Below are positions 46,543 to 55,022 of a stretch of 64,000 nucleotides of DNA, one piece after another. The DNA lies in contig NZ_JAIEOF010000174.1 in the NCBI RefSeq assembly GCF_019750675.1, positions 8,268-72,267 of the forward strand, written 5' to 3'. Source of the DNA: Methylobacterium sp. (GTDB lineage: Bacteria; Pseudomonadota; Alphaproteobacteria; Rhizobiales; Beijerinckiaceae). The first letter of the stretch is position 1, and every line of letters begins with the position of its first letter. Made by a program: the position numbers and the translations under genes. The notes under the pieces were generated by a model. The model ran no database searches and was not told the DNA's origin. It saw nothing but the letters and a program-made list of their open reading frames with translations.

Positions 46543-48177
46543 ATGGCCTTTCCGGCGATTGATATGGATTCCTCGACCCCGCGCCGCGCCTCGGCGATGC
46601 CCGCCCGATCCCGGGAGCCGGGCGCCCGCGCCTTCCGGATCGACCCGCCGGCCCCGGAGGCCGCGCCGCCGGTGCGCGAAGCGTCCAGGGCAACGGAGCC
46701 CAAGGCGCCCGCGCACGAACCGGACGCCTCCGCCGCGACGGACTTCCTGCCCTTGCTGGAGCGGCGATCGGCAGCGCCGGACCGGGCTTCATCGCGGGGC
46801 CCGACAGCGTCGGCGCAGGCGGCCCGCAGCCCGTCGTCCCGAACGGCGACGACACCGGCCGCACCGGATGCCGGTCCTGCGCCGGACGCCGGGTTGTCCG
46901 AGCCGGCCTCCACCGCGATGCCTGTCGCTGGGGCAACCCCGGACGCTACCGGCGCCGCGCCCGACCCGTCCACGGAGGTGGATCTCGAGAGGACGTCCGA
47001 CGCACTCCAGCAGTCGGAGACCGCCCCGGCCGGTCAGACGCCCCCCCCGGTCGCGATCATGCAGCCCGCGCCCCCGGCTTCCGCCGCGATCCGGCCGTCC
47101 GAGGGGACGGCGCCGGCGATGCAAGCGGAGGCCGCCCCGGCGAATCCGATCGCACTCCCGGCCGCGCTTCCGGCCTCCGCCGGCACGCAGCCGCCAGCGG
47201 GTACGGAGCCGGCGATGCCGGGCACCGCTCCCTCCGCCGCGCAGCGCTCGGCCGCCGCGTTCGCGGCCCAGGCGGGGAAGACCGAGCCTGACGCCGAGTC
47301 CGGCGAGCCGTCATCGACGCCGCAGGATGTCGCCGATTCGGGCCAGGCCGGGGCCGGTCTTGCCGGAGTCCTGGCCGCGCTCCAGCCCGCGACCCCGGCC
47401 ACGATGTCGTCGGCCAGCCCGACTCAGCCCCCACCGGCGACCCGGACAGGCGAGGTCGCCGCCTCGGTCGCCGGAGCGCAGCTTGCAAGCGCGGCCGCAT
47501 CCGCCCCGCGCGGCGCGTCCCGCCCGGGCGGGGGCGAGGCCGCGACGTCGAGCGATTCGGCTGTGTCTACGAAGGACGGCGAGGCCGCGTCATTCCTGGC
47601 GGCGAATGCCGACCCCTCGGCGCTCCTCGCACAGACACCCGCCCCGGCGCCGGCAGCCCAAACGCCCGCGTCCCAGGCGGCGATGACGGTCGGGCACGAG
47701 GCCCAGACCCCGGCGCCCATCCCCCTCGGGGCGGTGCCGATGACGATCGGCCTGCGCTCGCTCTCGGGCAGCAACACTTTCGAGATCCGCCTCGATCCGA
47801 AGGATCTCGGCCGGATCGAGGTCAACCTCGCCATCGACAAGGAGACCGGCGCGGTCCAGGCCAGCCTGGTGGTCGACCGGCCCGAGACCCTGGCGCTCCT
47901 CCAGCGCGACGCCGGCAACCTGCAGCAGGCGCTGACCCAGGCCGGTCTCGACGCCCCCGACGGCAGCATCTCCCTCAGCCTGCGCGGCGACGGGACCGGC
48001 GGCGGAGCGGACGGCCAAGGCTCGAACGGGCACGGCTCGAACGGGCAAGGGTCCGGTGCGCAAGGCTCGGGCGCGCAGGGCCAGCCGCGTCGAGCCGGCC
48101 AAGAGACCCAAATCCCGCTGGATGCCGTGTTGCAGCGCCTCTACGGCGCCGGACGCGGCATCGACATCCGAATCTGA
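46543..48177 (+). CDS. fliK: Flagellar hook-length control protein
   Basis: Pro/Ala-rich N region; C-domain FEIRLDPKDLGRIEV...VDRPETLALLQRDA..LQQALTQAGL; ends GIDIRI. Start ATG 46543 with AGGGAG SD. Confidence 0.9.
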   Translation: MAFPAIDMDSSTPRRASAMPARSREPGARAFRIDPPAPEAAPPVREASRATEPKAPAHEPDASAATDFLPLLERRSAAPDRASSRGPTASAQAARSPSSRTATTPAAPDAGPAPDAGLSEPASTAMPVAGATPDATGAAPDPSTEVDLERTSDALQQSETAPAGQTPPPVAIMQPAPPASAAIRPSEGTAPAMQAEAAPANPIALPAALPASAGTQPPAGTEPAMPGTAPSAAQRSAAAFAAQAGKTEPDAESGEPSSTPQDVADSGQAGAGLAGVLAALQPATPATMSSASPTQPPPATRTGEVAASVAGAQLASAAASAPRGASRPGGGEAATSSDSAVSTKDGEAASFLAANADPSALLAQTPAPAPAAQTPASQAAMTVGHEAQTPAPIPLGAVPMTIGLRSLSGSNTFEIRLDPKDLGRIEVNLAIDKETGAVQASLVVDRPETLALLQRDAGNLQQALTQAGLDAPDGSISLSLRGDGTGGGADGQGSNGHGSNGQGSGAQGSGAQGQPRRAGQETQIPLDAVLQRLYGAGRGIDIRI

Positions 48178-48189
48178 GGAAACGATCCC

Positions 48190-48864
48190 ATGGCGTCCGG
48201 CATCAGCAGCACCACGAGCGGCACCGCCACGGGTGCGGCCACCAAGACCGCGTCGCAGGAACTGGCGGGCAACTTCACGCAGTTCCTGACGCTGCTCACC
48301 ACGCAGCTGAAGAATCAGAACCCCCTCGATCCGATGGATACCAACCAGTTCACGCAGCAACTCGTGCAGTATGCAGGCGTCGAGCAGCAGCTGAAGTCGA
48401 ACGACCGCCTCGATTCGATTCTGAGCAACGCGAAATCGTCGAGCGCGGCCTCGGCCACGGGGTTCATCGGCCAGACCATCACGGCGGACGGCAGGACCAC
48501 CGCCCTGAAGAGCGGCGCGGCCAGCTGGACCCTGACCCCGGCCCGGGCCGCCACGCAGGCCCGAATCACGATCAGCGACGCCAAGGGCAACGTGGTCGCG
48601 ACCCAGACCAAGGCGCTGGCCGCCGGCGTCCAGACCTTCGCCTGGGACGGCCGCTCCACCAGCGGCTTCACCTCCGCCGACGGCACCTACGCGATCAAGG
48701 TGGACGCGGTGGACGCGACGGGCGCCAAGGTGGCGGTCGACACCCAGGTGGCCGGGACCGTGGACGGCGTCGACCTCACCGGGACGGAACCGGTGCTCCT
48801 GCTCGGCACGACCCGGATCCCGCTCTCGGCCGTTCAGAACATCGGCGCGAAGTTGTCCACATGA
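48190..48864 (+). CDS. flgD: Flagellar hook capping protein
   Basis: FLTLLTTQLKNQNPLDPMDTNQFTQQLVQY; FAWDG. Confidence 0.96.
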   Translation: MASGISSTTSGTATGAATKTASQELAGNFTQFLTLLTTQLKNQNPLDPMDTNQFTQQLVQYAGVEQQLKSNDRLDSILSNAKSSSAASATGFIGQTITADGRTTALKSGAASWTLTPARAATQARITISDAKGNVVATQTKALAAGVQTFAWDGRSTSGFTSADGTYAIKVDAVDATGAKVAVDTQVAGTVDGVDLTGTEPVLLLGTTRIPLSAVQNIGAKLST

Positions 48865-48895
48865 ACGCCGTATGATTCCAAAGCGATCGAACCGC

Positions 48896-48910
48896 TTCAA
48901 GATATCTTAA
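48896..48910 (+). promoter_or_regulatory. CtrA box candidate upstream of sciP
   Basis: TTCA-AGATATC-TTAA (1 mismatch). Confidence 0.6.
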
Positions 48911-48964
48911 GCGGGCAGGACTAGCTTCCAATCTCGACAGGTCAGTCGAGTTGTAGAGCGTATC

Positions 48965-49240
48965 ATGACCGAACCAAGCCGCCCGAGAGTGAAGTACGTG
49001 ATCGGGCCTGATGGAAGTCCGTTAACCATTGCGGATCTTCCGCCGACCACCACCCGTCGATGGGTCATCCGTCGGAAGGCCGAAGTGGTCGCCGCCGTCA
49101 GGGGCGGTCTGCTCAGCCTCGAAGAAGCCTGCCAGCGCTACACCCTCACCACCGAGGAATTCCTGAGCTGGCAGTTCTCCATCGATCAGCACGGTCTGGC
49201 CGGCCTGCGCACCACGCGCATCCAGCACTACCGGCACTGA
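48965..49240 (+). CDS. sciP: CtrA inhibitor SciP (DUF1153)
   Basis: VKYVIGPDGSPLTIADLPP..TRRWVIRRKAEVVAAVRGGLLSLEEACQRY.LT.EEF.SWQ...HGLAGLRTTRIQ.YR. Confidence 0.95.
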   Translation: MTEPSRPRVKYVIGPDGSPLTIADLPPTTTRRWVIRRKAEVVAAVRGGLLSLEEACQRYTLTTEEFLSWQFSIDQHGLAGLRTTRIQHYRH

Positions 49241-49289
49241 GCGCGAGCCCGCCGGGGCATCGGTCGAACAACCAGGGCCCCGTCATCGG

Positions 49290-49320
49290 AAGCCGCGTCC
49301 CCTCACCCGGGCGCGGCTTT
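49290..49320 (+). terminator. Putative intrinsic terminator after sciP
   Basis: AAGCCGCG...CGCGGCTT followed by a short T run. Confidence 0.5.
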
Positions 49321-49361
49321 CGCGTTTCCGGAGCCGGGGGCGGCGGCTTGCGTGCCATTCG

Positions 49362-49399
49362 TTAACCGGACGCTAACCATGGCCTGGGCAAATTTTGCC
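49362..49399 (+). promoter_or_regulatory. fliF promoter: CtrA box followed by an ftr-like palindrome
   Basis: TTAA-CCGGACG-CTAAC at 49362-49377; GGCA-AATTT-TGCC at 49387-49399 (minus strand CCCGGCAAAATTTGCCC). Confidence 0.75.
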
Positions 49400-49449
49400 G
49401 GGCGAGCGCGGAGTGTCCGTCGCCGCGGGTCGGATGGGTGCGTGGCGTC

Positions 49450-51066
49450 GTGAAACCGGTCTTCGACCTCGTGGCAAAGCTCGGACCGGCGCGGCTCGCC
49501 GCCATGGCCGCCGTCACGATGACGCTGATCGGCTTCTTCGCCTTCGTGATCCTGCGCGTCTCGAAACCCGACATGGGCGTGCTCTTCGCCGACCTGTCGA
49601 TGTCGGATTCCTCGGCCGTGATCCGCGACCTCGATGCGCGCGGCATCAAGTACGAGACCCGGGGCGATGCCGGCCAGACCGTGATGGCGCCCCGCGCCGA
49701 CCTGCCGCGCCTGCGCATGGACCTCGCCGGCAAGGGCCTGCCGAGCCAGGCCGGCGTCGGCTACGAGATCTTCGACAAGGGCGACGCCTTCTCGTCCACC
49801 AACTTCGTCCAGAACGTGAACCACCTGCGGGCGCTGGAGGGCGAACTGTCCCGCTCGATCCGGGCGATCGGGCGCGTTCAGGCCGCCCGCGTCCACCTCG
49901 TGATCCCGGAGCGCCGCCTGTTTGAGCGCGACCGCGAGAGCCCGAGCGCCGCCATCGTGCTGAAACTGATGGGCGACCTCGACGCTTCGCAGGTGCGGGC
50001 CATCCGCCACCTCGCGGCGTCGGCGGTGGAGGGCCTCAAACCCGAGCGCGTCTCCATCGTGGACGAGCGCGGGCGGCTCCTGGCCGACGGCGCGCGGGGG
50101 GCCGAGGCCGAGACCGGGGCCGGCATGGAGGAGAAGCAGGTCGGCATCGAGCGGCGCCTGCGCTCCCAGATCGAGGAGATCATCGCGGGCATCGTCGGGG
50201 CCGGGCGCGCCCGCGTCCAGGTCAGCGCCGAGCTCGACCTCAACCGCATCGAGAGCCGCTCGGAGAGCTACGATCCCGAGAGCCGGGTCGTGCGCTCCAC
50301 CCAGACCCGCAGCGAGAACGCCCTCTCGGGCGGCGCCGAGGGCGCGGTCAGCGTCGGCAACGAGTTGCCCGGCGCCAACCAGCCCGGACAGGCCCCGGCC
50401 CAGAAGGATTCGACGAACAAGAACGAGGAGACCACCAACTACGAGATCTCCCGCGTGACGAAGACCGAGGTCGCCGAGGGCGGCCGGGTCAAGCGGCTCT
50501 CGGTGGCGGTGGTGATCGACGGCGCCTACGTGGCCGGGCCCGACGGCAAGGCGGTCTATCAGCCGCGCCCGGCGGCGGAGGTCGAGCTGATTGCCGCCCT
50601 GGTTCGCACCGCCATCGGTTTCGACAAGGCGCGGGGCGATCAGGTCGAGGTGGTGAACCTGCGCTTCGCCGAATCGCCCGCGCAGGCCGCCTTCGTGGAG
50701 CCGAGCCTGGTCCAGGCGCTGCTCAGCCCCTCCAAGGAGGAGGTGATGCGCATCGTCGAACTCGCCGTCCTCACCATGCTGACGCTGATCGTGCTGATGG
50801 CGGTGGTCCGCCCGCTCCTCAAGAAGGTGCTGGCGTCCGATCCGATCCAGATCGCCCTGGTCGCCGGGGCCGGGGGCGCCGGCGCCGTCGCGGGGAGCCC
50901 GGAGGCGCTCTTGGCCCAGCCCGAGAACGCCACCGCGCGCCTCGTGGATTTCGCCCAGCTCAACGGCAAGGTCCAGGCCGAGACGGTACAGCGCGTGGTC
51001 GACATGGTCCGCGCCAGCCCGAGCGAGACCGTGGAAGTTCTCCGCAACTGGATTCACGAGAGCTGA
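49450..51066 (+). CDS. fliF: Flagellar M-ring protein
   Basis: GYEIFDK, RALEGELSRSI, ARVHLVIP, SAAIVL, RLSVAVVIDG, RGDQVEVVNLRF. GTG start uncertain (49438 or 49450). Confidence 0.96.
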   Translation: MKPVFDLVAKLGPARLAAMAAVTMTLIGFFAFVILRVSKPDMGVLFADLSMSDSSAVIRDLDARGIKYETRGDAGQTVMAPRADLPRLRMDLAGKGLPSQAGVGYEIFDKGDAFSSTNFVQNVNHLRALEGELSRSIRAIGRVQAARVHLVIPERRLFERDRESPSAAIVLKLMGDLDASQVRAIRHLAASAVEGLKPERVSIVDERGRLLADGARGAEAETGAGMEEKQVGIERRLRSQIEEIIAGIVGAGRARVQVSAELDLNRIESRSESYDPESRVVRSTQTRSENALSGGAEGAVSVGNELPGANQPGQAPAQKDSTNKNEETTNYEISRVTKTEVAEGGRVKRLSVAVVIDGAYVAGPDGKAVYQPRPAAEVELIAALVRTAIGFDKARGDQVEVVNLRFAESPAQAAFVEPSLVQALLSPSKEEVMRIVELAVLTMLTLIVLMAVVRPLLKKVLASDPIQIALVAGAGGAGAVAGSPEALLAQPENATARLVDFAQLNGKVQAETVQRVVDMVRASPSETVEVLRNWIHES

Positions 51067-51105
51067 TGCCGATCCCCCCTCACGCAGCCGCGAGGCGTTG
51101 AGCCC

Positions 51106-52158
51106 ATGTCGTCGGGACTGAACATCCAGGCCGAGCTTGCCAAGGGCAGCAACGGCGCCTTCGGGGCCATGACGGGCGCCCAGCGCGCCGCCGCGCTGCT
51201 CCTGCTGCTCGGCGAGAGCGAAGGCGCGCCGATCTGGCAGATGCTCGACGAGGACGAGGTCAAGCTCGTCTCGCACGCCATGGTTCAGCTCGGCTCCCTG
51301 GAGGCCGAGACGGTCGAGAAGCTCATCGTCGACTTCGTCTCGCGCCTGTCGTCGGGCGGCGGCATCACGTCGAACTTCGAGCGCACGGAATCGCTCCTCC
51401 TGAAGATCTTTCCGAGCGAGCAGGTCTCGGCGATCATGGCGGAGATCAAGGGCGCCTCGGGCAAGCGCGTCTGGGCGAGCCTGACCCAGATCGACCCCGA
51501 GATCCTGGCCTCGTTCCTGCGCAACGAGTACCCGCAGACCGTGGCGGTGGTGCTCTCCAAGGTGCGCTCGGACTACGCCGCCAAGGTGCTGACCATCCTG
51601 CCCGAGGAATTCGCCATCGACGTCCTCAGTCGGATGCTCCGGATGGAGACGGTCCAGAAGGAAGCCCTGCGCCACATCGAGGAGACCCTGCGGGTCGAGT
51701 TCGTGTCCACCATCGCGCAGACCACCCGGCGCGACGCCCACGAACTCATGGCCGACGTCTTCAACGCCTTCGACCGGCAGACGGAGGGACGGTTCCTCAC
51801 GGCCCTCGACCAGGCCAACCGGGGCTCGGCCAAGAAGATCCGCCAGCTCATGTTCACCTTCGAGGACCTGCTCAAGCTCGATGCGGGCAGCGTCCAGACG
51901 CTGCTGCGCAAGGTCGACAACGAGACCCTGTGCCGCGCGCTCAAGGGTGCCGACGAGCGCGTGCGCGGCTTCTTCCTGAAGAACATGTCCACCCGGGCGG
52001 CCAAGAACATCACCGACGAGATGGGTTCGCTCGGGCCCATCCGCCTCAAGGACGTCGACGAGGCCCAGGCCAAGATGACCGAACTCGCCAAGGATCTGGC
52101 CGAGAAGGGCGAGATCATGATCGCCAAGTCGAGCGGCGAGGAGGAGCTGGTCTATTGA
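51106..52158 (+). CDS. fliG: Flagellar motor switch protein
   Basis: QRAAALLLLLG, EYPQTVA, MFTFEDL, NMSTRAA, GPIRLKDVDEAQ. Confidence 0.96.
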   Translation: MSSGLNIQAELAKGSNGAFGAMTGAQRAAALLLLLGESEGAPIWQMLDEDEVKLVSHAMVQLGSLEAETVEKLIVDFVSRLSSGGGITSNFERTESLLLKIFPSEQVSAIMAEIKGASGKRVWASLTQIDPEILASFLRNEYPQTVAVVLSKVRSDYAAKVLTILPEEFAIDVLSRMLRMETVQKEALRHIEETLRVEFVSTIAQTTRRDAHELMADVFNAFDRQTEGRFLTALDQANRGSAKKIRQLMFTFEDLLKLDAGSVQTLLRKVDNETLCRALKGADERVRGFFLKNMSTRAAKNITDEMGSLGPIRLKDVDEAQAKMTELAKDLAEKGEIMIAKSSGEEELVY

Positions 52159-52754
52159 ACGCGCGCCGGTTCCTCTTCGACACCGATTTCCGGCCCCGCC
52201 CGGACAATCCCGTCCACGCGCAGGAGGCGGCCGCCCAGGCGGAAGCCGTGGCGCGGGCCGAGGCCGAGGCCTATGCGCGGGGCCTGCGCGACGGCCAGGC
52301 CCTGGCCGAGCAGCAGGTCCAGGCCCGGCTCTCGGACGCCGTCACCCGCCTCGGCCTCGCCGCCGCCGGCCTCATCGGCCAGTCCGACGCCCGGGATGCG
52401 GCCCGCGAGGACGAGGCGATGGATTTCGCCATCGCGCTCGCGCGCAAGATCGCCGGCGAAGCCCTCGACGCGCATCCGCTGGCCGCCATCGGCGACGCGG
52501 CGCGGGCCGCGCTCCAGCACCTGCGCGGCGTGCCCCACCTCGTCGTCCGGGTCCACGAGAGCCTCGTCGACGAATCCGAGGCCCTGGTGAAGCGCCTGGC
52601 GCGCGAGCGCGGCTTCGAGGGCCGCCTCGTCGTCCTCGGCGAACCCGACCTCGCCCCGGGCGACGCCCGCATGGAATGGGCCGATGGCGGCGTCGTCCGC
52701 GACCGCGCCCGCATCGAGGGCGCCGTCCTGTCCGCCCTCGGCATCGTCGCCTGA
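52155..52754 (+). CDS. fliH: Flagellar assembly protein FliH
   Basis: ARRFLFDTDF, AYARG, GDARMEWADGGV; TTG start overlaps the fliG stop; sits between fliG and fliN. Confidence 0.85.
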   Translation: MNARRFLFDTDFRPRPDNPVHAQEAAAQAEAVARAEAEAYARGLRDGQALAEQQVQARLSDAVTRLGLAAAGLIGQSDARDAAREDEAMDFAIALARKIAGEALDAHPLAAIGDAARAALQHLRGVPHLVVRVHESLVDESEALVKRLARERGFEGRLVVLGEPDLAPGDARMEWADGGVVRDRARIEGAVLSALGIVA

Positions 52755-52775
52755 TCCCCGAACCCGCGAGCCCCC

Positions 52776-53120
52776 ATGTCCGACGATTTCAGCCTGCCCC
52801 AGCTCAACGGAACGGATGCCTCCTTCGACGGGCTCGGCACCGAATCGATCCGCGAGGCCCCGACCACGCCGAAAAGCGCCGCCGACCTCGAACAGGTCTT
52901 CGACGTGCCCGTCATGGTCTCGGCGGTGCTCGGCTCCTCGCGCATGCCGATCGGCGACCTGCTCCGGCTCCAGCCCGGCGCCGTGCTGGAACTCGACCGC
53001 AAGGTCGGCGAGGCCATCGACATCTACGTGAACAACCGCCTCGTGGCCCGCGGCGAGGTCGTCCTCGTCGAGGAACGCCTCGGCGTGACCATGACCGAGA
53101 TCATCAAGAGCGACCACTGA
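52776..53120 (+). CDS. fliN: Flagellar motor switch protein
   Basis: VFDVPVMVSAVLG, LELDRKVGEAIDIYVNNRLVARGEVVLVEERLGV. Confidence 0.96.
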   Translation: MSDDFSLPQLNGTDASFDGLGTESIREAPTTPKSAADLEQVFDVPVMVSAVLGSSRMPIGDLLRLQPGAVLELDRKVGEAIDIYVNNRLVARGEVVLVEERLGVTMTEIIKSDH

Positions 53121-53185
53121 GCCCCTGCCCTTCCGGCCGCCGCGCGCCCCCCGCGCGAAGCCGACCCTGACGGAGACCCTCGGCC

Positions 53186-54553
53186 ATGCGCCTCCTCATC
53201 ATCGGACGCCTGAACGGCGAACTGATCACCGCCTCGAAGATCGCCATGAACCGGGGGGCGGCCGTCACCAACGCCGAGAGCCTCGCCCAGGGGCTCGCGG
53301 TGCTGCGCGCCAAGGGCGCGGACCTCATCATGATCGACGTCGCCCTCGCGATCCGCGACCTCGTCACGGCGCTCGCCGCCGAGCGCATCCGCACGCCCGT
53401 GATCGCCTGCGGGGTCGCCACCGACGCCAGGGCGGCGGTCGCGGCGATCGAAGCGGGCGCGCGGGAATACATTCCCCTGCCGCCGGACCCGGAGCTGATC
53501 GCCGCCGTCTTGCAGGCGGTCTCCGAGGACGGGCGCGCCTTCGTCTGGCGCGACGCCTCCATGGAGCGGGTGGTCAAGCTCGCCGAGCAGGTGGCGCGCT
53601 CTGAGGCCTCCGTTCTCATCACCGGCGAGAGCGGAACCGGCAAGGAGGTGCTGGCCCGCCACGTCCACGGCAAGTCGAACCGGGCCAACCGCCCCTTCGT
53701 CTCCGTGAACTGCGCCGCGATCCCCGAGGCGCTCCTCGAATCCGAACTGTTCGGCCACGAGAAGGGCGCCTTCACGGGGGCGGTGGCCCGCCGCATCGGC
53801 CGCTTCGAGGAGGCGCATGGCGGAACCCTGCTCCTCGACGAGATCTCCGAGATGGACGTGCGGCTGCAATCGAAGCTGCTGCGCGCCCTCCAGGAGCGGG
53901 TGATCGACCGCGTCGGCGGCACCGCGCCGGTCAAGGTCGACATCCGCGTGCTCGCCACCTCGAACCGCAACCTCGTGGAGGAGGTCCGCAAGGGCACGTT
54001 CCGCGAGGACCTGTACTACCGGCTGAACGTGGTGCACCTGCGCCTGCCGCCCTTGCGCGAGCGCCCCGGCGACATCCTCGAACTCGCGGCCCACTTCGCC
54101 CGCAAGTACGCCGAGGTGAATGGGATGCCGGTGCGGCCGCTCAGCGCCGAGGCGCAGGGGCTGGTGCGGGCCAACCCGTGGCGCGGCAACGTGCGCGAAC
54201 TCGAGAACACCCTGCACCGGGCGGTGCTGCTCGCCTCGGGCCCGGAGATCGGCCCGGAGGCGATCCTGACGCCGGAGGGGGACAGCATCGCGCCGGTTTC
54301 GGCCGGGCCGGCCGAGCGCGCGGCGCGGGTGGCCGAGGCCGCCACCCGCGGCCTCGTGGGTCAGACCGTGGCGCAGGTGGAATGCGACCTCATCCTCGAC
54401 ACCCTCGACCACTGCCTCGGCAACCGCACGCACGCGGCCAAGATCCTCGGCATCTCGATCCGGACCCTGCGCAACAAGCTCAACGAGTACGTGGATGCCG
54501 GCCTCTCCGTGGCCGAGCCCGGCAGCGTGCGGGCCATGGCCGCCTACGGCTGA
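53186..54553 (+). CDS. flbD: Sigma54-dependent flagellar activator FlbD
   Basis: Atypical receiver (MRLLIIGRL...MIDV), [30 protein letters not shown], Fis-type HTH; ends the fliF operon as in Caulobacter. Confidence 0.92.
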   Translation: MRLLIIGRLNGELITASKIAMNRGAAVTNAESLAQGLAVLRAKGADLIMIDVALAIRDLVTALAAERIRTPVIACGVATDARAAVAAIEAGAREYIPLPPDPELIAAVLQAVSEDGRAFVWRDASMERVVKLAEQVARSEASVLITGESGTGKEVLARHVHGKSNRANRPFVSVNCAAIPEALLESELFGHEKGAFTGAVARRIGRFEEAHGGTLLLDEISEMDVRLQSKLLRALQERVIDRVGGTAPVKVDIRVLATSNRNLVEEVRKGTFREDLYYRLNVVHLRLPPLRERPGDILELAAHFARKYAEVNGMPVRPLSAEAQGLVRANPWRGNVRELENTLHRAVLLASGPEIGPEAILTPEGDSIAPVSAGPAERAARVAEAATRGLVGQTVAQVECDLILDTLDHCLGNRTHAAKILGISIRTLRNKLNEYVDAGLSVAEPGSVRAMAAYG

Positions 54554-54702
54554 CACGAAGTCTCGGCGAGCCTGACCTGGAGGTCAGCCTCCCTGAGGCC
54601 TGGCGGACGACCTCTGCCGCACCGTCGCGCGGGGGAACCTCGCTGCGTCAGCTTCGTCGAGAACCGGTCCAGGCCGGACGACAGGCCGGTCCGCGCCGCG
54701 GA

Positions 54703-54969
54703 TCAGGCCTTCTCGGCACCCATCTGGACGGAATGCGCCCGCTCCAGCTTTTCGAAGGAGAGGAACCGCGCGATGTCGGATTCGACGTCGCGGATCGTCT
54801 CCTCGACGAGGTGCTGCTGCAGGGCGATGCGCGGATCGTCCGGGGTCAGACCGTCCCGGGTCTGGAGCCGTTCGACGGCCTGCTTCACGACGCTGTAGAC
54901 CGCCTCCCGTTCGGCGCGGGACATCGCGGGGTTCACGGCGCGGGCGACGAGATCGCTGAACTCGGACAT
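54703..54969 (-). CDS. Small helical hypothetical protein
   Basis: 88-aa ORF with plausible composition and GC3 bias; fills the gap between flbD and the kpsE-like gene. Confidence 0.7.
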   Translation of the reverse strand: MSEFSDLVARAVNPAMSRAEREAVYSVVKQAVERLQTRDGLTPDDPRIALQQHLVEETIRDVESDIARFLSFEKLERAHSVQMGAEKA

Positions 54970-55022
54970 GATCGGCAGGGCTCGGTGAGGCGGTCGGGCG
55001 TGAGGGTCCGGGCGGTCGGCAA

